Shown in pieces: positions 39,207 to 50,424 of a stretch of 64,000 nucleotides of DNA. A program made the position numbers and the translations under genes. The stretch is from an uncultured Candidatus Rokubacteria bacterium (GTDB lineage Bacteria > Methylomirabilota > Methylomirabilia > Rokubacteriales > DASRDR01): the NCBI GenBank assembly GCA_963805625.1, contig CAWDVE010000017.1, forward strand, positions 921,912-985,911, read 5' to 3'. The notes beneath the pieces were generated by a model that saw only the letters and a list, made by a program, of their open reading frames with translations, was not told the DNA's origin and did no database searches. Numbering within the stretch: position 1 is the stretch's first letter; every line of letters starts with the position of its first letter.

Positions 39207-40627
39207 CCACCATGGCACTCGAGCACACGCGTCCGGCAATTCTCCTCGCTGCGCGCGGGCGGCCCTGGCGGGAGGCCCTTGCCGGCCGGTCCGTGACCGT
39301 GGTTGGCCTGGCGCGGAGCGGGATCGCGGCGTGCCGGCTCCTGCTGGAGCTCGGGGCCCGCGTGACCGGCACCGACGCGCGCGCGGCGGATGCCCTCCCC
39401 ACCGAGGCGCGGGCCCTCGGGCCCGATGGGGTGCGGCTCGTCGTCGGCGGTCATCCAGAAGCGGCCTTTGAGGGGGCGGAGCTGGTGGTGGTGAGCCCCG
39501 GGGTGCCCGCCGATCATCCGGCGCTCGCCGGCTGCCGGGCGCGGGGTGTACCGGTCCTGGGGGAGGTCGAGCTCGCGTACCGGACGATGACCGCCGAGTT
39601 CGTCGCGATCACGGGCACCAACGGGAAGACCACGACGACGGCGCTGACCGGCGCGCTCCTCCAGGAATCCGGTCGACCCGTCCTCGTCGGTGGGAACATC
39701 GGCCGCCCGCTCGCGGCCGAGGCGCTCCGCTTCCCGGCAGCCGGGTGGGTCGTCGCAGAGGTCTCGAGCTTCCAGCTGGAGACGACGGACGCCTTCCGGC
39801 CGCGCGTGGCGGCGGTCCTGAACGTCACGCCGGACCATCTGGATCGGCACGGAAGCCTGGCCGCCTACGCCGAGGCGAAGGCCCGGATCTTCCGCGCTCA
39901 GGGTCCCGAGGACTGGGCCGTGCTGAACGCCGACGATCCCGGCGCCGCATCTCTCGCACCGTGCGTGCGGGCGCGCCTGCTCTGGCTCAGCCGCCGGCAA
40001 CCGGTCACCCAGGGGGCGTGTGTCCGCGAGGGCTGGGTGACGCTCCGTCTCGGCAGTGGGGACCGGCCGGTCTGCCCCGTCGACGACATCTTCCTCCGCG
40101 GCGCCCACAACCTCGAGAACGTGCTCGCCGCGACGGCGTGCGCCGGCGCCCTTGGCGTGCAGCCCGATCGCCTCAGGGCGGCCATCCGCGCCTTCCGGGC
40201 CGTGCCGCACCGACTGGAATGGGTGCGCGACCGGGGTGGCGTCGCCTTCTACAACGATTCGAAGGGCACGAACGTCGACGCCACGCTGAAGGCCCTCGCG
40301 GCCTTCGCGGAGCCGATCGTGCTGATCGCCGGGGGGCGCGAGAAGGCGCAGCGCTTCGATGCACTGGCCGACGCCGCGCGGGGACGGGTCAAGGCCGCGA
40401 TCGTGATCGGCGAGGGTCGCGCCACGCTGGGACCGGCGCTCCGCGCCGTGACCCACGTCGAGGACGCGGCCTCCATGGCCGAGGCCGTGCGGCGCGCCGC
40501 TGCGCTCGCGGTGGCGGGCGACGTGGTCCTCCTCTCGCCCGCGTGCGCCTCGTTCGACATGTTCCGTGACTACGAGCACCGGGGCGCGGTGTTCGTGGCG
40601 GAGGTCCGGGCCCTCCCGGAGCCCTGA
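39203..40627 (+). CDS. murD: UDP-MurNAc-L-Ala:D-Glu ligase
   Basis: GLARSG, SPG, GTNGKTTT, GGNIG, EVSSFQLE, DHLDRH, NDSKGTN, SPACASFD. Confidence 0.96.
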   Translation: MTTMALEHTRPAILLAARGRPWREALAGRSVTVVGLARSGIAACRLLLELGARVTGTDARAADALPTEARALGPDGVRLVVGGHPEAAFEGAELVVVSPGVPADHPALAGCRARGVPVLGEVELAYRTMTAEFVAITGTNGKTTTTALTGALLQESGRPVLVGGNIGRPLAAEALRFPAAGWVVAEVSSFQLETTDAFRPRVAAVLNVTPDHLDRHGSLAAYAEAKARIFRAQGPEDWAVLNADDPGAASLAPCVRARLLWLSRRQPVTQGACVREGWVTLRLGSGDRPVCPVDDIFLRGAHNLENVLAATACAGALGVQPDRLRAAIRAFRAVPHRLEWVRDRGGVAFYNDSKGTNVDATLKALAAFAEPIVLIAGGREKAQRFDALADAARGRVKAAIVIGEGRATLGPALRAVTHVEDAASMAEAVRRAAALAVAGDVVLLSPACASFDMFRDYEHRGAVFVAEVRALPEP

Positions 40628-40630
40628 GCC

Positions 40631-41728
40631 ATGCCGCGCAAGATGAGCCCCGACTACTGGCTGTTCCTGGTGGTGCTGGCCCTCCTCGGGCTCGGCGTGG
40701 TGATGGTCTACTCGGCCAGCGCGATCCTCGCCACCGACCGCTTCCGGGACGCCCACTTCTTCCTCAAGAAGCAGCTCTTCTGGGCCGTGCTGGGGCTCGG
40801 CGTCATGTGGGGCGTGATGGCCGTCGACTATCGCCGGTGGCGCCCCCTGGTGAGCCCGCTCCTGGCGCTCGCCTTCGTGCTCCTCGTCCTCGTGCTGGTG
40901 CCGCCGTTCGGCCAGTCCATCAACGGGACGCGCCGGTGGCTCCGGTGGGGGCATTTCTCTGTGCAGCCGACCGAGCTCGCCAAGCTGGTCCTGGTCGTCT
41001 ACCTGGCGGACTTCCTGGCCCGCCGGCAGGCCGTCATCGGGAGCTTGTGGCGCGGCGTCGTCCCGCCCCTGGTCGTGACGGGCGGTGTGGCCGGGCTGGT
41101 CCTCCTCCAGCCAGACCTCGGTTCCGCGGTGGCGATCGTGGGCGTGGTCCTCTGCATGATCTTCGTTGCCGGCGCCCGGCTCGCTCACCTGGGACTGATC
41201 GGCGCCCTGGCCCTTCCCGTCGTGGTCGTGGCCGTCTTCACGGCGAGCTACCGGCTCCGGCGGGTACTCACGTTCCTCGACCCCTGGGCCGACCCGCGGG
41301 GAGCGGGGTTCCAGATCATCCAGTCCTATCTCGCGCTCGGCGGCGGCGGGCTCCTTGGGCGCGGCCTCGGGGAGTCGAAGCAAAAGCTCTTCTACCTCCC
41401 CGAGCCCCACACCGACTTCATTTTCGCGATCCTCGGTGAGGAGCTCGGATTCGTCGGCGCGGTCGCGACGGTCGTCCTCTTCGGGCTCCTCCTTTGGCGC
41501 GGCATCCGGATCGGGCTCCGAGTCTCCGACCCGTTCGGCGCGCTCCTGGCGTTCGGGGTCTCCGCGCTCCTCGTGAATCAGGCGGTGGTCAACCTGGGCG
41601 TGGTCGTCGGGCTCTTTCCGACGAAGGGGCTGCCGCTTCCGTTCGTGTCGTCAGGCGGTTCCTCGCTCCTGGTCGCGATGGCCGCGGTCGGCCTGCTTCT
41701 GAACGTCTCGCAGCGGGCCGAGGTATGA
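40631..41728 (+). CDS. ftsW: SEDS peptidoglycan polymerase FtsW
   Basis: [40 protein letters not shown]. Confidence 0.96.
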   Translation: MPRKMSPDYWLFLVVLALLGLGVVMVYSASAILATDRFRDAHFFLKKQLFWAVLGLGVMWGVMAVDYRRWRPLVSPLLALAFVLLVLVLVPPFGQSINGTRRWLRWGHFSVQPTELAKLVLVVYLADFLARRQAVIGSLWRGVVPPLVVTGGVAGLVLLQPDLGSAVAIVGVVLCMIFVAGARLAHLGLIGALALPVVVVAVFTASYRLRRVLTFLDPWADPRGAGFQIIQSYLALGGGGLLGRGLGESKQKLFYLPEPHTDFIFAILGEELGFVGAVATVVLFGLLLWRGIRIGLRVSDPFGALLAFGVSALLVNQAVVNLGVVVGLFPTKGLPLPFVSSGGSSLLVAMAAVGLLLNVSQRAEV

Positions 41729-41732
41729 GGCG

Positions 41733-43166
41733 ATGACAGGGACCCGAGCCTTCAAGCGGTACCAGCAGATCCACTTCGTGGGTATCGGTGGCGTGGGCAT
41801 GAGCGGGCTCGCCGAGGTGATCCTGACACTCGGCTACCGGGTGACGGGCTCGGATGCCCGCCGTAGCGAGGCGGTCGAGCGCCTCGAGCGGCTCGGCGCG
41901 AAGATCCACGTGGGCCATGCGGCGGGCCAGATCGAGGGCGCCCACGTGGTCGTCTACTCCTCGGCGGTGGCCCGCGACAACCCTGAGCTCCAGGCGGCCC
42001 GCCAGCGCGGGGTCCCGGTGATCCCGCGTGCGGAGATGCTCGCCGAGCTCATGCGGGTCAAGCACGGGATCGCCATTGCCGGAACGCACGGAAAGACGAC
42101 GACGACCTCCATGGTCGGCGCCGTCCTGGCCGAGGCGGGATTCGACCCGACGCTCGTCGTGGGGGGACGCGTCACGGCGCTCGGCTCGAACGCGCGGCTC
42201 GGCCAGGGTGAGTTCCTGGTGGCGGAGGCCGACGAGTCCGATGGCTCGTTCCTCCGGCTCACCCCGACGATCGCCGTCGTCACGACGATCGATGCCGAGC
42301 ACCTCGACTACTATCGTGACCTCGCGGCCATCCGGGAGGCGTTCCTGTCGTTCGTGAACAAGGTGCCGTTCTATGGCGTGGCGGTTCTATGCGCCGACCA
42401 GCCGGAGATCCAGGCGATTCTTCCGCGCGTGGAGAAGCGCGTTATCACCTACGGGTTGACCGCGCCCGCCGACCTCGTTGCCGCCTCGGTGCGGCTCAGC
42501 GAGCTGACCGCGCGCTTCGAGGTGCTCCACAAGGGAGACTCGCTCGGTGAGCTCCGCCTCCAGGTTCCGGGCGTCCACAACGTGGCCAACGCCCTGGCGG
42601 CGGCGGCCGTCGGGCTCGACCTCGAGGTCCCGTTCGCGGCCGTGCAGCGGGCGCTCGCCGCCTTCACAGGCGTCCAGCGGCGCTTCCAGGTCAAGGGCGA
42701 GGTGGGGGGGATCCTGCTGGTCGACGACTACGGGCACCACCCGGCGGAGATCCGGGCGACCCTGGCCGCGGCCCGCCAGGGCTTCGCGCGCCGGCGCGTC
42801 GTGGTGTTCCAGCCCCACCGCTACACCCGGACGTTCCACCTGTACGACGAGTTTCTGGCGGCCTTCGACGATGCCGATGTGCTGATCGTGACCGACATCT
42901 ATCCGGCGGGCGAGCCGCCGATCCCCGGGGTCCACGCCCGGAGCTTGGCCGAGGGGATCGGGGCGCGCACCGGCCGCGATGTCCGATACGTGGGTGACCG
43001 GACCGAGGTGGTGGAGGCTCTCCTCCGCGCCCTCCGGCCCGGCGACTTGGTCCTGACCCTCGGGGCCGGCGACGTGGGTGCGATCGCGGACCAGTTGCGC
43101 GAGCGCCTGGCCACGCGCGACGCCTCGCCCGTCCCGGGCGGAGAAGGAGACCGGCATGCTAGGTGA
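41733..43166 (+). CDS. murC: UDP-MurNAc:L-Ala ligase
   Basis: [39 protein letters not shown]. Confidence 0.97.
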   Translation: MTGTRAFKRYQQIHFVGIGGVGMSGLAEVILTLGYRVTGSDARRSEAVERLERLGAKIHVGHAAGQIEGAHVVVYSSAVARDNPELQAARQRGVPVIPRAEMLAELMRVKHGIAIAGTHGKTTTTSMVGAVLAEAGFDPTLVVGGRVTALGSNARLGQGEFLVAEADESDGSFLRLTPTIAVVTTIDAEHLDYYRDLAAIREAFLSFVNKVPFYGVAVLCADQPEIQAILPRVEKRVITYGLTAPADLVAASVRLSELTARFEVLHKGDSLGELRLQVPGVHNVANALAAAAVGLDLEVPFAAVQRALAAFTGVQRRFQVKGEVGGILLVDDYGHHPAEIRATLAAARQGFARRRVVVFQPHRYTRTFHLYDEFLAAFDDADVLIVTDIYPAGEPPIPGVHARSLAEGIGARTGRDVRYVGDRTEVVEALLRALRPGDLVLTLGAGDVGAIADQLRERLATRDASPVPGGEGDRHAR

Positions 43167-44031
43167 GATCCACGGCGAGGTGCGCTTCAAGGAGCCACTC
43201 GCGTTCCACACGTCGCTCCGCTGTGGCGGGCCGGCGGACATCTTCATCATTCCGCAGGACGTCGACGACGTCCGGAAGGCGCTGATGTTCGCCGACAAGG
43301 AGAAGCTGCCCGTCGCCATCCTGGGGAGCGGACACAACACGCTGGTGCGGGACCGCGGCTATCGAGGCATCGTGCTGAAGATCGAGGGCTGCCTCGGCCG
43401 CATGGAGTTCCACGGCGAAGAGGTCACCATCGGCTGCGGCGCGGGTTTGTCGACGATGATCCGCGAAGCCGCTGCAATCGGGCTGGGTGGGATCGAGTGC
43501 CTGGTGGGCATCCCCGCGACGGTCGGGGGGGCGCTCGCCATGAACGCCGGCACCCACGACGGCGCCATCTGGGACTTCGTGTCAGCGGTGTACTTCCTTC
43601 ACCCGGACGGGACGATTGGTGAGCTCAAGCCCGCGCCGGGGTTCACCTACCGCGCCTTCGCGTTACCGACCGGGGCGATCCTTCTGGGAGTCCGGATCCA
43701 ACTCCATCGGAAGCCGCAGAAGGAGATCATGGCCGAGATCCGGGCGCGTCTCAAGCAGAAGAAGTCGACACAGCCCCTCGCCCTGGCCGCCGTCGGCTGC
43801 GTCTGGAAAAATCCCGACTACGACCACGCCGCACGGTTGCTCGAGAAGGCAGGCCTTCGAGGCAAGCGCGTGGGCGGCGCCGAGATCTCCGCGAAGCACG
43901 CCAACTTCATCCTCAATCGCGGCGGAGCCAGCGCGCAAGACGTCCTCGGCCTCCTGGAGCTCGCGTTCGATCGCGTGCACAGCCAGACGGGCATTCGGCT
44001 GACGTCGGAGCTCAGGATCCTGGGCGAGTGA
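43156..44031 (+). CDS. murB: UDP-N-acetylenolpyruvoylglucosamine reductase (divergent)
   Basis: [38 protein letters not shown]; GAAGGAG SD. Confidence 0.9.
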   Translation: MLGEIHGEVRFKEPLAFHTSLRCGGPADIFIIPQDVDDVRKALMFADKEKLPVAILGSGHNTLVRDRGYRGIVLKIEGCLGRMEFHGEEVTIGCGAGLSTMIREAAAIGLGGIECLVGIPATVGGALAMNAGTHDGAIWDFVSAVYFLHPDGTIGELKPAPGFTYRAFALPTGAILLGVRIQLHRKPQKEIMAEIRARLKQKKSTQPLALAAVGCVWKNPDYDHAARLLEKAGLRGKRVGGAEISAKHANFILNRGGASAQDVLGLLELAFDRVHSQTGIRLTSELRILGE

Positions 44032-44068
44032 TCTTTATGGCGCGCCTCCGTGGAGCGGTCGGGATCCC

Positions 44069-45103
44069 GTGAGCCCACAGGGCGCCACAGGCCGCCACCG
44101 GCCGAAGGCCGTCGGAGCAGCTCCGTCGGAAGGGGGCCGTCCGATCAGTTCCTCCAACTCCCGCGCCCTGTCGGGGCCGCGGACCCGCACGCTGCCCGCG
44201 GACCTGGCGTCCCGGTCGCGCCTCATCGGCAACCAGCGTCACCGTGCCCGGCTCGGGGGCCGGGCCCTCCGCGTGCTGCTGCGGGTGCTCGTTCTCGGCC
44301 TGACCCTGACGGGGCTGGCTGTGGCGGGCTTCGTGGCCTGGGATTGGGTGCGGCGGACGCCACTTCTGGCCACGCGCGCCGTCGAGATCGCCGGCGCCCG
44401 CCGGCTCGACGAGGGGACGGTGCGCGCGGCGGCGGCCATCGAGCCCGGGACGAACCTCTTCGTCGTCGATGTCGCAGCCACCGAGGCCCGGGTCTCCGGA
44501 CTTCCGGGGGTCCGCCGCGCTCACGTCGTGCGCCACCTGCCGGGCCGGGTGACCGTGCTCCTGGAGGAGCGCGAGCCCTACGCGCTCGTCAACGCCGGTG
44601 GACTCCACTGGATCGATGCGGAGGGCTACCTGGTCACCGCCGACGCTCGACCCGGGGCCACCGGCCTACCGATCCTGACGGGCATCGGCGCGCCCGCTTC
44701 CGGGGTGGCCACGCCGTCCGAGGGCCTCCGCGCGGGGCTGGCGCTGCTGCACGTGTTGCAGCGTACGTCCGGACGTCTCGCCGCACGTGTCTCCGAGGTC
44801 GATCTCGCCCGTGCCCACGGCCCGGTGCTCTACCTGGTCGACGGGATCGAGGTCCGGCTCGGGACCGACGCCTGGAGCGATCGGCTGGCGCGACTCGACG
44901 GGGTCCTCGGCGAGCTCGACGCCCGTGGGGAGCGCGTGGCCTCCATAGATCTCCGGTTCCGGGATCAGGTCGTGCTCACGCCTCACAGCCCGGCGCCTCC
45001 GGTCGGCCCGGCCCGGACGCCGGCCGCCGCGAGCCGGCGCCGGGCGGTCGGGGATCCCGCCACTCTCGCGATGCCGGCCGCGGCTGGCGTGGAGCGACGC
45101 TGA
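44069..45103 (+). CDS. ftsQ: Cell division protein FtsQ/DivIB (start codon uncertain)
   Basis: TM, POTRA domain, LPGRV..EEREP, IDLRFRDQVV. Confidence 0.85.
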   Translation: MSPQGATGRHRPKAVGAAPSEGGRPISSSNSRALSGPRTRTLPADLASRSRLIGNQRHRARLGGRALRVLLRVLVLGLTLTGLAVAGFVAWDWVRRTPLLATRAVEIAGARRLDEGTVRAAAAIEPGTNLFVVDVAATEARVSGLPGVRRAHVVRHLPGRVTVLLEEREPYALVNAGGLHWIDAEGYLVTADARPGATGLPILTGIGAPASGVATPSEGLRAGLALLHVLQRTSGRLAARVSEVDLARAHGPVLYLVDGIEVRLGTDAWSDRLARLDGVLGELDARGERVASIDLRFRDQVVLTPHSPAPPVGPARTPAAASRRRAVGDPATLAMPAAAGVERR

Positions 45104-45105
45104 CG

Positions 45106-46356
45106 GTGCGTAGGATACAGAGCATCATCACGGGACTCGACGTGGGGACGACCAAGATCTGTGCCGTCATTGGCGAGGTGACCCCGACCGGGGTCGACGT
45201 GATCGGCATCGGCCAGCACCCCTCGCGGGGGCTCCGAAAAGGCGTCGTCGCGAACGTTGAGTCGACAGTCGAGGCCATCAAGCGCGCGATCTCCGAGGCG
45301 GAGCAGACGGCCGGGGTAGAGGTGGACGCCGTCTACGTGTCGATCGGCGGAGGGCACATCCGGGGGATCAACAGTCAGGGTGTCGTGGCGATCCAGGGGC
45401 GCACCCGCGAGGTCACCGCCATCGACGTCGCGCGCGCGGTGGACGCCGCCCGGGCGGTGAGCCTGCCGCCCGACCGAGAGATCCTCCACGCGCTCACTCA
45501 GGGCTTCACCGTCGACGACCAGGACGGCATCCGGGAACCGATAGGGATGCTCGGGAGCCGGCTGGGCGTTTCGGTCCACCTCGTCGCCGGGGCCGCCACC
45601 GCGGTCCAGAACGTGGTGCGGAGCGTCAACCGGGCCGGCCTGAAGGTCGAGGACGTCGTGCTGCAGGCGCTCGCCTCGGGCGAGTCGGTGCTCACGCCCG
45701 ACGAGCGGGAGCTGGGCGTCCTCCTGATCGACGTGGGCGGCGGAACGACGGACGTCGCGTTGTTCCGCGACGGCGCCGTGTGGCACACGGCGGTGATTCC
45801 GCTCGGCGGCGACCACATCACCAACGACATCGCCGTGGGGCTGAGGACGCCGCCGCCGTCGGCCGAGGAGCTCAAGAAGCTCTTCGGGTGCGCCCAGGCG
45901 AGCCTCGTCCTCGAGGACGAGACGGTGGAGGTGCCGTCGATTGGCGGCCGCAAGCCGAGGGTCTTGTCGCGGCAGACCCTGGCCCGCATCGTCCAGGCGC
46001 GCGTGGAGGAGGTCCTGACGCTCGTGGCCCGGGGCGTGAGCCAGGCGGGGCTTGACGACGCAGCGACCGCGGGCGCGGTGGTCACCGGAGGCGCGACGAT
46101 CATGGAAGGCGTACCGGAGCTGGCGGAGACGATCCTCGACCTGCCGGTCCGCCGTGGGATTCCGAAGTGGGTCGGAGGACTCTACGAGCAGGTGGAGAGC
46201 CCCGGGTTCGCGACCGCGGTAGGTCTGGTCCTCACCGGCGCCCGCCGGGACCGCCCACCGACCGCGGCGGGCCGGCTACCCGGGCTGGGCGAAGGGTGGC
46301 CCGGGGTGGGCCGGACCGCGCGCCGTGTCCGCGAGTGGCTTCGGGAGATCTTCTGA
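45106..46356 (+). CDS. ftsA: Cell division protein FtsA
   Basis: [28 protein letters not shown]-terminal amphipathic EWLREIF. Confidence 0.96.
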   Translation: MRRIQSIITGLDVGTTKICAVIGEVTPTGVDVIGIGQHPSRGLRKGVVANVESTVEAIKRAISEAEQTAGVEVDAVYVSIGGGHIRGINSQGVVAIQGRTREVTAIDVARAVDAARAVSLPPDREILHALTQGFTVDDQDGIREPIGMLGSRLGVSVHLVAGAATAVQNVVRSVNRAGLKVEDVVLQALASGESVLTPDERELGVLLIDVGGGTTDVALFRDGAVWHTAVIPLGGDHITNDIAVGLRTPPPSAEELKKLFGCAQASLVLEDETVEVPSIGGRKPRVLSRQTLARIVQARVEEVLTLVARGVSQAGLDDAATAGAVVTGGATIMEGVPELAETILDLPVRRGIPKWVGGLYEQVESPGFATAVGLVLTGARRDRPPTAAGRLPGLGEGWPGVGRTARRVREWLREIF

Positions 46357-46430
46357 TGGGACGAGGACGCCGTAAGCGAAAGCAAGATCCGGCCGTCGGG
46401 GAACGCCGGCCGAAAGGGGGGGAGGGAACG

Positions 46431-47621
46431 ATGCGGGAGGAGCTCATCTTCCGGCTCGAGGAAGAGGATCGGGAACTCGCGGCGAAGATCCGGGTCGTCG
46501 GGCTCGGAGGCGGCGGATCGAACGCCGTGAACCGGATGATCAGCTCGCACTTCACCGGCGTGACGTTCGCGGTGGCCAATACCGACGCCCAGGCCCTCCG
46601 CGCGTCCCCGGCCCAGATCAAGATCCAGCTCGGCACAAAGCTCACCGGCGGGCTCGGCGCCGGCTCCGACCCCGAGGTGGGTCGCCGCGCCGCGAGCGAG
46701 GACCGGGAGCTCCTCCAGCAAACCTTGACCGGTGCCGACATGGTCTTCATCACGGCCGGGATGGGCGGCGGCACCGGCACCGGCGCCGCGCCCGTGGTCG
46801 CCGCGATCGCCAAGGAGCTGGGCGCGCTCACGGTTGCCTGCGTCACGAAGCCGTTCCAGTTCGAGGGACCCCGGCGCATGCGCCAGGCGGACGCCGGCAT
46901 CCAGGAGCTTCGGGGGATCGTCGACACGCTGCTCACGATTCCCAACCAGCGGCTCCTCACGGTCGTCGAGAAGGGCACGTCGCTGCAGGAGGCGTTCAAG
47001 GTCGCCGACTCCGTTCTGCAGCAGGCGGTGCAGGGCATCTCGGACCTCATCCTTGTCCCGGGCCTCATCAACCTCGACTTCGCCGACGTGCGCACGATCA
47101 TGTCGGGAATGGGCATGGCGCTCATGGGCACCGGGATCGGGCGGGGTGAGCATCGCGCCGTCGACGCGGCCCAGAAGGCGATCGCGAGCCCGCTTCTCGA
47201 GGAGACGTCCATCCAGGGCGCGCGCGGGGTTCTGATCAACATCACAGGCGGCTCGGACCTCACGCTCCACGAGGTGAACGAGGCGGCCAGCACGGTGGCG
47301 GAAGCGGCCGAGGGCGACGCCAACATCATCGTCGGCGCCGTGGTGGACGAGGCCCTCGGAGACGAGATCCGCGTCACGGTCATCGCGACGGGATTCGACG
47401 ACGCAGGTGGGGCCATGCACCCGCTTGCGTCGGCCGCGAGTGCGGGAGCGGCCGCGGGTGCGGCTCCGGGCGCGCGGACCGTCGACCTGAAAGCGTACCG
47501 CGGGGGCGATCGACCGTCGCCGTGGCGGCGACCTCGCGCGGATGGCGTCCGCGCGGACGGGCTCGAGGGAATGGCCGACGACCTCGACATTCCCGCGTTC
47601 CTCCGGCGGCAGGCCGACTGA
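46431..47621 (+). CDS. ftsZ: Cell division protein FtsZ
   Basis: [24 protein letters not shown]-terminal DIPAFLR; alternative in-frame ATG at 46356. Confidence 0.97.
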   Translation: MREELIFRLEEEDRELAAKIRVVGLGGGGSNAVNRMISSHFTGVTFAVANTDAQALRASPAQIKIQLGTKLTGGLGAGSDPEVGRRAASEDRELLQQTLTGADMVFITAGMGGGTGTGAAPVVAAIAKELGALTVACVTKPFQFEGPRRMRQADAGIQELRGIVDTLLTIPNQRLLTVVEKGTSLQEAFKVADSVLQQAVQGISDLILVPGLINLDFADVRTIMSGMGMALMGTGIGRGEHRAVDAAQKAIASPLLEETSIQGARGVLINITGGSDLTLHEVNEAASTVAEAAEGDANIIVGAVVDEALGDEIRVTVIATGFDDAGGAMHPLASAASAGAAAGAAPGARTVDLKAYRGGDRPSPWRRPRADGVRADGLEGMADDLDIPAFLRRQAD

Positions 47622-47696
47622 CGGTCGGCGAACCGATCCTCTCGTGCCGCCGCGGGCTGCCTGACAGGCGACGGCGCGGACGGTCGGGATCGACCC

Positions 47697-48473
47697 ATGG
47701 TCAGCTGGTACGGGGAGCCGTCCACGCATGCGGTGCTGCCGGCGCTCGCGGAGGCGGGGGCGCGGCACGCCTTCACGACGCGCCACCAGGGAAGTTTCGA
47801 CGCCGTCTCGGCGCCGGCCGGCCCGTTCGGGAGTGAGCGGCGGTGGCCCGCTCTCGCCGCCCTCGGCCTCGAGTCGGGCAGCATCAGGTACGCACGGCAG
47901 GTCCACGGTCACGTCTGTCTCGACGCGGATGCGACGGACGTGGGCGGCCTGGTCGGCACCGGGGACGCCCTGTTCACCCGCCGGCGGGCGCGGCCGCTGG
48001 CGATCTTCACGGCCGACTGCGTGCCGCTGATCGTCGTCGACCCGGAGCGGCCAGCCCTCGGGATGGCGCACGCGGGATGGCGCGGCACTGTGCAGGGGAT
48101 CGCGGGGCGGCTCGTCGCGGCGCTCGTCGAGCGGGCTGGCGCGCGTGCGGACCGGATCCAGGCCGCGATCGGGCCGTCCATCGGCCCCTGCTGCTACGAG
48201 GTCGACGAGCCCGTGGTCGGCCCTTTACGTGCGGCGTTCCCATCGGCGTGGGACCGCTGGGTACGTCCGGCCGGTCCGGGCCGCCCGGATCGCCCAGATC
48301 GCTGGTGGCTGGACCTGTGGGCGGCCAATGCCGATCAGCTGGCGGCGGCCGGCGTGCCTCCTGGAGCGATCCTGAGCCCGCAGCTGTGCACCGGCTGCCG
48401 GCGGGACCTCTTCTTCTCGTACCGGAAGGAAGGCCTCGCGGGGCGCCTCGCGACGCTTGCCCTGCTCGACTAG
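47697..48473 (+). CDS. pgeF: PgeF/YfiH/YlmD purine nucleoside phosphorylase (peptidoglycan editing factor)
   Basis: QVHG, TADCVP, HAGWRG, GPSIGPCCYEV, FFSYR. Confidence 0.92.
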   Translation: MVSWYGEPSTHAVLPALAEAGARHAFTTRHQGSFDAVSAPAGPFGSERRWPALAALGLESGSIRYARQVHGHVCLDADATDVGGLVGTGDALFTRRRARPLAIFTADCVPLIVVDPERPALGMAHAGWRGTVQGIAGRLVAALVERAGARADRIQAAIGPSIGPCCYEVDEPVVGPLRAAFPSAWDRWVRPAGPGRPDRPDRWWLDLWAANADQLAAAGVPPGAILSPQLCTGCRRDLFFSYRKEGLAGRLATLALLD

Positions 48474-48533
48474 GCAGCGCCGCGTGAGGCGGCGTGGCGC
48501 CCGGCGGGCGAACCCGCTACAATACCGGCGCGC

Positions 48534-49229
48534 ATGACCGAGACCGACATTCGCGCGAACCTCGCCGCCGTGCAGGAGCGGATCGCCGACGCGGCCCGCC
48601 GGGCCGGACGTCGTGAGGACATCGTGCTCCTAGTGGCGGTGTCCAAGATGATCGACGTCGAGGGCGTCCGGGCCGCGATCGCGGCAGGAGCGCCCGCGCT
48701 TGGTGAGAACCGCGTGCAGGAGGCGCGCGAGAAGATCCGCGTGCTCGGCCGGTCGCGGCCGTGGCACCTGATCGGGCACCTCCAGACCAACAAGGTCAAG
48801 GACGCCCTCGAGTGCTTCGACCTGATTCAATCTGTCGATCGCCTGCCGCTGGCGGAGGCGATCTCGCGCCGGGCGGCCGAGGCCGGCCGCCGGGTCAATG
48901 TGCTGGTCCAGGTCAACGTCGGCGAGGAGCCGCAGAAGGGAGGCGTCCCCCCCGAGGAGCTCCGGCCCGCGCTGGAGGCCATGGCGGCGCTTCCCGGACT
49001 CCGGCTGCGGGGGCTCATGGCGATCCCGCCGCTGCCCCGTGACCCCGAGGATTCCCGGCCGCACTACCGGGCAATGCGGAAGCTGCTCGACGATGCGAGG
49101 GGCTGGGGGCTCGGTGTCGAGCTCGCCGAGCTGTCGATGGGAATGAGCGGCGACTTTGAGGCGGCCATCGAGGAGGGCGCAACGATCGTGCGGGTGGGGA
49201 CCGCGATCTTCGGGCCCCGGGGAGGCTGA
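48534..49229 (+). CDS. yggS: PLP homeostasis protein YggS
   Basis: LVAVSK, GENRVQE, WHLIGHLQTNK, LSMGMSGD, RVGTAIFG. Confidence 0.96.
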   Translation: MTETDIRANLAAVQERIADAARRAGRREDIVLLVAVSKMIDVEGVRAAIAAGAPALGENRVQEAREKIRVLGRSRPWHLIGHLQTNKVKDALECFDLIQSVDRLPLAEAISRRAAEAGRRVNVLVQVNVGEEPQKGGVPPEELRPALEAMAALPGLRLRGLMAIPPLPRDPEDSRPHYRAMRKLLDDARGWGLGVELAELSMGMSGDFEAAIEEGATIVRVGTAIFGPRGG

Positions 49230-49279
49230 ACCGTGAACGCCTGGCGCTCTGGCGTCGCGCTGGGTCGTGAGGACTGACC

Positions 49280-50098
49280 ATGTCGGTCCGGGACAAGCGG
49301 GTCGGGTTCGTGGGTGGAGGCAACATGGGCGAGGCCCTCGTCCGGGGTCTCACCAAGACGGGGCTCATGCCGATGGGGCACCTCCTCATGGCGGACGTTC
49401 GGGCCGACCGGCTCGAGGAGCTGAAGCGGCTCTACGGCATCGTGGTCATCCCGGACAACGTGACGCTCGTGCGGCGGGCCGACGTCGTCATCCTGGCCGT
49501 GAAACCGCAGATCCTCGGCGAGGTGCTGGACGAGATCGCTCCCGCCACGCCCGGGAAGCTCTTGATCTCGGTGGCGGCCGGTGTGTCCACCAGCGAGATC
49601 CGACGCCACTTGCCCCCGGGCACCCGGATGATCCGGGTCATGCCGAACACGCCGGCCCTGGTTCTGGAAGGCGCCACCGCCATCGCGCGCGCCGCCGGGC
49701 TCGAGGAGGGCGACCTGGACACGGCCCGCCAGATCTTCGAGGCCGTCGGCCGCGTCGTGATCCTGGACGAGGAGATGATGGACGCCGTGACGGGCCTTTC
49801 CGGCTCCGGTCCCGCCTACATCGCGCTGGTCGTCGAGGCGCTTGCGGACGGGGGCGTCAGGGTCGGCCTGGATCGCAAGACGGCGATGACGCTGGCCATG
49901 CAGACGGTGCTCGGCTCGGCGCGACTCCTGATCGACACCGGCATGCACCCCGGCCAGCTCAAGGACATGGTCAGCTCCCCCGGCGGGACCACGATCACCG
50001 GCATCCACACGCTGGAGGCCGGAGGGCTCCGGCGGACCCTGATCGACGCGGTGGAGCGGGCGACCCAGCGCTCGCGCGAGCTGGGCCAGGGGCGGTAG
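49280..50098 (+). CDS. proC: Pyrroline-5-carboxylate reductase
   Basis: GGGNMG, LAVKP, RVMPNTP, SGSGPAY, SPGGTT. Confidence 0.96.
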   Translation: MSVRDKRVGFVGGGNMGEALVRGLTKTGLMPMGHLLMADVRADRLEELKRLYGIVVIPDNVTLVRRADVVILAVKPQILGEVLDEIAPATPGKLLISVAAGVSTSEIRRHLPPGTRMIRVMPNTPALVLEGATAIARAAGLEEGDLDTARQIFEAVGRVVILDEEMMDAVTGLSGSGPAYIALVVEALADGGVRVGLDRKTAMTLAMQTVLGSARLLIDTGMHPGQLKDMVSSPGGTTITGIHTLEAGGLRRTLIDAVERATQRSRELGQGR

Positions 50099-50107
50099 GG
50101 GGACACC

Positions 50108-50401
50108 GTGTACGTGCTGGGTGATTTCCTGCTCGCGGTCGCGAAGCTTGTCGACTACGTCCTGTACGCGTACATGTGGATCATCGTCATCCGGGCCCTT
50201 CTGTCCTGGGTGAACCCGGATCCATGGAACCCGATCGTACGATTCCTGCACCAGGTCACCGAGCCCGTGCTTCGACCGATCCGGCGCCGCCTCCCGTACT
50301 CCTCGATCGACTTCTCACCACTCGTCGTCATCCTCGGCATCTACTTCCTCCAGTGGTTTCTCGTCCCAGTCCTCGTGAGGACGGCATACCGGCTCGGGTG
50401 A
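50108..50401 (+). CDS. yggT: YggT/YlmG membrane protein
   Basis: LLSWV..NPIV..TEPVLRPIRR..IDFSP. Confidence 0.93.
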   Translation: MYVLGDFLLAVAKLVDYVLYAYMWIIVIRALLSWVNPDPWNPIVRFLHQVTEPVLRPIRRRLPYSSIDFSPLVVILGIYFLQWFLVPVLVRTAYRLG

Positions 50402-50424
50402 GACGGAGGCTCAGGAGGGACTCG

